DNA of 64,000 nt from NCBI GenBank assembly GCA_024239035.1, contig JANBVK010000001.1:235010-299009 (forward strand), written 5' to 3'. How positions within the stretch are numbered: position 1 is the stretch's first letter; each line of letters begins with the position of its first letter. The translations under genes were made by a program, and so were the position numbers. The notes beneath the pieces were generated by a model. The model saw nothing but the letters and a program-made list of their open reading frames with translations, made no database searches and was not told where the DNA came from. Source of the stretch: Patescibacteria group bacterium. GTDB taxonomy: Bacteria; Patescibacteriota; Minisyncoccia; UBA6257; GWB1-50-10. Below are positions 58,429 through 64,000 of this stretch, one piece after another.

Positions 58429-59904
58429 ATGAGCAACCAGACAAAAAGGCTATCCCTATTTATTTTGATCGTACTCGTTGCAAGCGCTGTTGGTTTCCTG
58501 CTCTATAAAAGAGCACAACTCGGTGCAAGTCTCCTTCCTGCCGCAGGATCAGAACACGTCGTCGAGCTTCGAGAAGACGGATTTCATCCCGAAGAACTTA
58601 CCATACATAAAGGGGATACCGTCACCTTCGTTACCAAAAACAGTAATTATTTCTGGCCTGCCTCCAATCTCCACCCCACCCACACTATTTACCCCGAATT
58701 CGATCCGGAGGAACCAATTGCGCCCGACGAACGCTGGGGTTTTCGTTTTAAAAAACCGGGAGAATGGAAATATCACGACCATCTCGCTCCCTACTTCACG
58801 GGAAAAATAACGGTTATAGATGGCTCTCAAGCGCGTGCCGCCCAAAGTAAATGCAAAGACGACAAAAACTCGTTCGAGTGCTGGCAAGAAATTCTCCTCA
58901 CCACGCTCGATAAAAAGGGGGTTGAGGCAACCTTCGACCGCTTGGCCGAACTCTATGTAAGTGAATCTTATTTTCCACTAGCCTGCCACTATCTTACTCA
59001 TAATATCGGTATTGCTGCTTATAAACACTACCTCAAAGACAAAGATTCGGTCTTAACCCCAAAGGCTGCGTACTGCGCAAACGGTTTCTACCACGGATTT
59101 ATGGAAGCGTTCCTTACCGTAACGAAAGATCCCGAAAAAGCAAAAGCATTTTGCATATACGTGGATAGTAAGCTTACCAAAGACGCACCGGATGCGGCGC
59201 TTCAGTGCTATCACGGGGTCGGCCACGGCGCAATTGAAACGACGCTTGCGAGGTGGACAAGACCCGACGGGGGGGAAGATGAGATGGTGAAACCCGCGCT
59301 CGAGATATGCGAGGCTATCTCTGATGCACCGGAAGAACTCTACCGCTGCACTTCAGGCGTGTTCAACACCATTGCAAATTTCTACACCAGCGGTGGGTTT
59401 GGACTCACCGCGAATATGGAAAATCCTCTTTGGCTCTGCGATAAACAACCCGACGAGTACAAACTAAGCTGCTATGGCAACATGAACACAGTACTTCGAT
59501 GGATCGCCGGAGAGGATTTTCAAAAAGCTGCCCGGTTTATCGAGCAAATCCCCGACAGAGCATATACTGCCCCTGCCCTACGCTACCTTGCAAACATGTA
59601 CACACTGTTTCTTGCTCGAGGTAACTACACGGGGGCGGTAGAGAACTGCCGCGCGCTTGATAAGTCGTTGCATGTCTCTTGTATTGAGGGATTCGCGCAC
59701 GGATTCCTTGAGCAGGGAGTGCCGGGAGAAGAGTACATCGAAGCATTCGCGTTCTGTAGAGCAGATGCGCTCTCTGAAGAAGAGCGTGAGATATGCTTCA
59801 AGTATGCATTAAATCTTGATGGTTGGTATGATAAAGAGAAAGTAAAAGAAATTTGCAAAACAGTGGAGGAGGACTACAGACAATATTGCATCATTAAAAA
59901 GTGA
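58429..59904 (+). CDS. Cupredoxin-like domain plus Cys/His-rich domain (paralog 5 of 7)
   Basis: SNLHPTH, GEWKYHDH; CHYLTH, CYHGVGHG. Confidence 0.8.
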   Translation: MSNQTKRLSLFILIVLVASAVGFLLYKRAQLGASLLPAAGSEHVVELREDGFHPEELTIHKGDTVTFVTKNSNYFWPASNLHPTHTIYPEFDPEEPIAPDERWGFRFKKPGEWKYHDHLAPYFTGKITVIDGSQARAAQSKCKDDKNSFECWQEILLTTLDKKGVEATFDRLAELYVSESYFPLACHYLTHNIGIAAYKHYLKDKDSVLTPKAAYCANGFYHGFMEAFLTVTKDPEKAKAFCIYVDSKLTKDAPDAALQCYHGVGHGAIETTLARWTRPDGGEDEMVKPALEICEAISDAPEELYRCTSGVFNTIANFYTSGGFGLTANMENPLWLCDKQPDEYKLSCYGNMNTVLRWIAGEDFQKAARFIEQIPDRAYTAPALRYLANMYTLFLARGNYTGAVENCRALDKSLHVSCIEGFAHGFLEQGVPGEEYIEAFAFCRADALSEEEREICFKYALNLDGWYDKEKVKEICKTVEEDYRQYCIIKK

Positions 59905-61196
59905 TTAAATTCCATAAACATTTTCGTTTCTTCCTCGCCGTTACCCTTATTTTAGGTGCGGGAATGCTATTTCTTGCCTTTTTTAATCAACACCCCAAGG
60001 AAATATTAGCGTCTCTTTTCACAAGTAACAAAACCGTATCGCTTGAAGAACATGCCGACCGAATGATAGAAAAATGTAAAAAGGCTGGTTCAAACCAGCG
60101 GTGCTACGACGAGGAAATCCCCCACCTAATGGATTTCATCTCGATGAAGGAAGCATTCGAAGTAACAAAAATTATCCAAGAAAAAGATCCTACGTATTGG
60201 TTCTGCCATGAGCTCGGGCACAACTTGAGTGAAAAAGAGTATGCGAAAGATCCGGCAAAGTGGAAAGATGTGGTAACAAGCTGCCCGGTGGGGATGTGCT
60301 CAAACGGATGTGTCCACGGCGCAATCCAAAGGCATTTCATTGCAGCATCACTCGACAACACCCAGCTACAAGAATTACTGCCTGTCGTAGAGAGCTTGTG
60401 CGAGAGACGAACGAATTGGAACCCAACTCCGCTCGAGCAGGCAAGTTGCTACCACGAACTCGGCCACCTCTCGCACTACCTCACCGATACCAACATTCCC
60501 AAATCGAAGGAGCTGTGCGACACGATCGCATTAAAAGAAGACGGGAGAAATTACCTGCAAACATGCTACGAAGGGATGTTTATGCAGTTATTTGAACCTC
60601 GTGAGCCAGAGGACTTCGCCCTGATTTATAATATTGTCCCCTATAAGGAAAAATTGGGTGTGTGCGAACAGTACACAAGCGGGGTAGAAAAAGGAGCGTG
60701 CTGGAAGATAGGGTGGTTAGGAAAAGAAAAAGAGTTTTGCAACCAATTTACTGGAGAAATTCGCGGCGCATGCTTCCGTGAGGCATGGGTAATACAGGAC
60801 GAGAAGATAGAAACTCCCGAAGGGATCGTAGAGTATTGTAACTACTCCGATGATCCAACAGAGAAAAGAAAATGCTACAACAAGCTCTACTATTCCCTAA
60901 TGGCGAAGTTCGAATTTGATGAGGAACGGATGAAACCAATATGCATGGGGTTACCTCGTGCGCTGCAGGGTCAGTGCTTTGCAAACACGGCCTCCCGAAT
61001 GATCGAAACTGATAAACGCTTGGTTGAGAAAGCGCTTTCTATGTGCGCGTTTGCCGCAACACTCGGTGTAGAGCGCGAATGCTACGGAGAACTCGCTCAT
61101 TACGCTACATTTGCCCTCCATGCTCAATCGGACGAATCCCTCAGTTTGTGCAACAGTCTCCCCGAACCATGGAGCACAAGTTGTTTATCTCGTTAG
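59901..61196 (+). CDS. Cys/His-rich protein (paralog 6 of 7; closest to 50479-51690)
   Basis: WKDVV..CP.GMCSNGC.HG, EQASCYH, ASRMIETD, LCNSLPEPWS shared. Confidence 0.8.
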   Translation: MIKFHKHFRFFLAVTLILGAGMLFLAFFNQHPKEILASLFTSNKTVSLEEHADRMIEKCKKAGSNQRCYDEEIPHLMDFISMKEAFEVTKIIQEKDPTYWFCHELGHNLSEKEYAKDPAKWKDVVTSCPVGMCSNGCVHGAIQRHFIAASLDNTQLQELLPVVESLCERRTNWNPTPLEQASCYHELGHLSHYLTDTNIPKSKELCDTIALKEDGRNYLQTCYEGMFMQLFEPREPEDFALIYNIVPYKEKLGVCEQYTSGVEKGACWKIGWLGKEKEFCNQFTGEIRGACFREAWVIQDEKIETPEGIVEYCNYSDDPTEKRKCYNKLYYSLMAKFEFDEERMKPICMGLPRALQGQCFANTASRMIETDKRLVEKALSMCAFAATLGVERECYGELAHYATFALHAQSDESLSLCNSLPEPWSTSCLSR

Positions 61197-61233
61197 AAAT
61201 TAAGCAGTTCGTCAAAGTATAATAATCACAACA

Positions 61234-62724
61234 ATGAGAAAAAAAGCAATTACTCTTCTGGTTACGTTCGTGCTCCTCATCACTGGTACACTCATCTATC
61301 GAACTAATCAACTACCAGCTCAGCTTGTCAGGGATGGGGGAAACACCCCACAGACAATATCCGGAAAAGAACACATAATTGAGCTTCGTGAGGGGGGCCT
61401 GTCCCCAGAAGAGATTACCGTACAGAAAGGCGACACAATAATCTTTGCAAACGCTAGCGACGAGCCGTTCTGGCCCGCGAGTGACCCACATCCTACACAT
61501 CAATTCCTATCCGGGTTTGACCAAGGACATGCGATAGACAGCGGCTCCAGTTGGAATTACACATTTTATGAACCAGGAATATGGTACTACCATGACCACC
61601 TCAACTTAACTCTGAAGGGCAAAATAACAGTTGTAGACAGTAGCAACTTAGAAAAACCCACTGGCGAACTCGACTGCGAGTACGGCAGCGAAAACGAAAA
61701 AGCACGGTGTTTTGACGAACGGATAAAAACCGCAGTAAAGGTTGAGGGGGTTGGTGCTGCATTTAAGCTCTTCGCCAAACTTTACGAGAGCGGGTCAGCT
61801 CCCGAGAGCTGCCACTGGACCGGACACCTGATCGGAGAAGAAGCTTACCACGAATATAAGCAAGGAAAAGACGTGCCCGTAACTTCTGAGGCTAACTATT
61901 GCGGCTATGCATTCTACCATGGTTTCTTGGAAACCCTCTTGAGAGACAATCCGGACATCGAATGGGCTCGTTCATTCTGTAAGTATGTGCTCGAAAAAGT
62001 CGGGCCCGATGCACAAGATAACTGTTTCCATGGGATTGGACACGGATTCACTGAAGACCCACCCGACCCTCGCCTTCATGGAAATGCCAGAGGCTATCTC
62101 AAGCCTGGGTTAGAGGTCTGTGAATATCTCTACGGGGATACAGAAAATAAGTGGGAGATATGCGCAACGGGTGTCTACACTGTCCTTGCTGGGTTTATGT
62201 GGGATGGAAAGTATGAGTTCTCGCTTGATCCTAAAGATCCTTTCGCGTTCTGCCGCGCGCAACCGGAACGCTACCACATCGCGTGCTACGGGGAGTTTGC
62301 GCCGCGGCTTGACAGTGCAACCAACTGGGACGTATCCAAGCTCCCACAGCACATTAAGAACATTGACAACCCGGATCTAAGAAAATTTGTCGTCAGGGTC
62401 GCAGCAGGAGTGATGATGCAACGAGACATTGCAAAATATGACCTCACAAACTACATCCAAGGTTGTCGGACGTTAAAAGGGAATCTCCCACTCGCATGTC
62501 TCGGAGGCGTTTCGTGGGGATTGGTAATGAGCAGCGAACCAGGGAGAGAACATGTGTATGCGTTGAGGTTCTGCGGGTCAGGGACACTCAATGAAGAGGA
62601 ACGCGGGACATGTTACAGAGAAGCGCTCCTACAACTCAAACGCTCCCTCACACCCGAGAAACTAAAGCCCGTCTGTGAGAGCGTCGATGAAAAGTACAGA
62701 ACGTACTGCATTAAGAATCCATAG
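61234..62724 (+). CDS. Cupredoxin-like domain plus Cys/His-rich domain (paralog 7 of 7)
   Basis: SDPHPTH, GIWYYHDH; CHWTGH, CFHGIGHG. Confidence 0.8.
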   Translation: MRKKAITLLVTFVLLITGTLIYRTNQLPAQLVRDGGNTPQTISGKEHIIELREGGLSPEEITVQKGDTIIFANASDEPFWPASDPHPTHQFLSGFDQGHAIDSGSSWNYTFYEPGIWYYHDHLNLTLKGKITVVDSSNLEKPTGELDCEYGSENEKARCFDERIKTAVKVEGVGAAFKLFAKLYESGSAPESCHWTGHLIGEEAYHEYKQGKDVPVTSEANYCGYAFYHGFLETLLRDNPDIEWARSFCKYVLEKVGPDAQDNCFHGIGHGFTEDPPDPRLHGNARGYLKPGLEVCEYLYGDTENKWEICATGVYTVLAGFMWDGKYEFSLDPKDPFAFCRAQPERYHIACYGEFAPRLDSATNWDVSKLPQHIKNIDNPDLRKFVVRVAAGVMMQRDIAKYDLTNYIQGCRTLKGNLPLACLGGVSWGLVMSSEPGREHVYALRFCGSGTLNEEERGTCYREALLQLKRSLTPEKLKPVCESVDEKYRTYCIKNP

Positions 62725-62749
62725 AATAAAGATATGATATAATTATGCT

Positions 62750-63214
62750 ATGCAGGGTAAGGTTGTGATTACTATTTTCGTGCTATTAGCTGTTGGGGTA
62801 GGATATACCCTCTGGAGAAACGGAACCCCTTCATGGCTCTCCTTTAGTACCTTAAGTGATAAAGAGGCATTATTTATCAGCCTCCCTACAAGCACCTCAA
62901 CACAGGAAGAGGTAAGACGCCACCGTGAACTCGCGGGAAAACTTGCCGAAGACGGCAACGAAATAAATATCGCCGGATGTATACCCGACCCACCCGTGCT
63001 CAGAGTAAAAAGAGGTGATAATATAACTTTTATAAACAACTCTCAGGAAGAAGTTCGCTTGCAAATCGGTAACGTTGGCATCTTTAGTGTTCAACTGGAA
63101 GATACGCTTGTTGAGAGGGCAGAATTCGGTACAACAGGCGAAGCCCTAGTCGCTTATCTGTGCCACAGCGGTGATTCATCAGAGAGAGATTTTGGATTTA
63201 TTTTAATACAATAA
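62750..63214 (+). CDS. Small cupredoxin-like protein (paralog 2 of 3)
   Basis: EEVRRHREL, C.PDPPVL...G..ITF.N, AYLC. Confidence 0.65.
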   Translation: MQGKVVITIFVLLAVGVGYTLWRNGTPSWLSFSTLSDKEALFISLPTSTSTQEEVRRHRELAGKLAEDGNEINIAGCIPDPPVLRVKRGDNITFINNSQEEVRLQIGNVGIFSVQLEDTLVERAEFGTTGEALVAYLCHSGDSSERDFGFILIQ

Positions 63215-63244
63215 AAGAAAGGTCGTTGTGCTATAATAAGACAT

Positions 63245-63739
63245 ATGAAAAACAAACTTACCCTTATTGTTATTCTCTTAATAGTAGCCGTCGTCATAAG
63301 CTATCTCGTTTACAGCTCGGGTGCACCGCAACCAGCAGAACAAGAATCACCCATACAACAGTTAACATTAACAACAGAAGAGAAGAAAGCAATTTTAAAC
63401 TTTCCTGCGGCTGATGCATCGGAAGGAGAACAACAAAGGTACTTTGAACTTGCAGAGAGGCTTGCGCAACAATCCGGGGTCTTGGACGTCACAAACTGCA
63501 ACCTACAGCCATTGGTACTAAACGCAGATTTGAAAAGTGACATAATACTAAAAAACACAAGCGACTACGATATCACGCTAGATATTGAAAACGAAAGCAA
63601 CACCGTCCCCGCAAATCAAGAGGTGGTTATAAAAGTTGACTTCGGCAAGGGAGGAGGACTCTACGGCTACGGATGCAACTCCGCTAATCCAGATGGGAGC
63701 AGCTCTGGTTCCGGGCTTATCCTCGTAGGAGCCGAATAA
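63245..63739 (+). CDS. Small cupredoxin-like protein (paralog 3 of 3)
   Basis: EQQRYFEL, C..QPLVL, GLYGYGC. Confidence 0.65.
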   Translation: MKNKLTLIVILLIVAVVISYLVYSSGAPQPAEQESPIQQLTLTTEEKKAILNFPAADASEGEQQRYFELAERLAQQSGVLDVTNCNLQPLVLNADLKSDIILKNTSDYDITLDIENESNTVPANQEVVIKVDFGKGGGLYGYGCNSANPDGSSSGSGLILVGAE

Positions 63740-63752
63740 GAAAATTGCTCGA

Positions 63753-63794
63753 TATAAAAACCACCCCGACATCACGTCGAGGTGGTTTTTTATA
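63753..63794 (+). terminator. Intrinsic (probably bidirectional) terminator
   Basis: aaaaaccaccccgac-atcac-gtcgaggtggttttttt. Confidence 0.8.
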
Positions 63795-63865
63795 GGTACA
63801 ATTAAGTTTTACCTGCACTGTTTCGCAGGCGGAGCGAGTCGGATCTATAATAAGACTAAACCTAA

Positions 63866-64000
63866 ATGCATAATCTTTTTCCCACGCTAAAACAAAAACT
63901 CTCTCCGCTCTTTCAAAAAATAAAAGAGTACTATAGCATAGACACGCGGGCACTGGCCGTTTTTCGTATTGGAATTGCCTTAATGATACTTGCTGATCTC
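63866..64000 (+). CDS. HTTM-domain protein, N-terminus (runs off the window)
   Basis: MHNLFP...SIDTRALAVFRIGIALMILADL. Confidence 0.7.
   Translation, partial: MHNLFPTLKQKLSPLFQKIKEYYSIDTRALAVFRIGIALMILADL

Noticed and set aside
48118-62724. Multiheme cytochromes
   Set aside because: The conserved motifs are CH-x3-H and C-x-H-x3-H, not repeated CxxCH

Overview
Bacterial chromosome segment, most consistent with a Patescibacteria/CPR (Parcubacteria-like) genome using genetic code 11. The taxonomy is inferred from the divergent 16S, the short prfA and the gene content. Layout: (1-2.3 kb) type IV pilus genes; (2.6-4.1 kb) a solitary 16S rRNA lacking the anti-Shine-Dalgarno; (4.4-18.2 kb) core genes including rpmE, rplY, a truncated prfA, a glycolysis/pentose-phosphate run and pyrG; (18.3-33.9 kb) an accessory island; (34.4-43.4 kb) ftsZ, ftsA, ybeY, rpsU, hisS, lepB, pth and pil genes; (43.5-47.2 kb) foreign-looking lipoprotein/surface genes; (47.2-64 kb) an ArsR-associated cluster. 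The island holds a stand-alone tRNA-like ncRNA, a second structured RNA candidate, a cassette array bounded by repeated att-like sites, 40-bp palindromes linked to a PaaX/Cas2-like gene, and an REase-MTase-IrrE/ImmA operon. The final cluster has seven Cys/His-rich membrane-anchored paralogs, cupredoxin-like proteins, HTTM-like proteins and an sxtK-sxtJ-carbamoyltransferase-SGNH cassette. All calls were made by eye without database searches.
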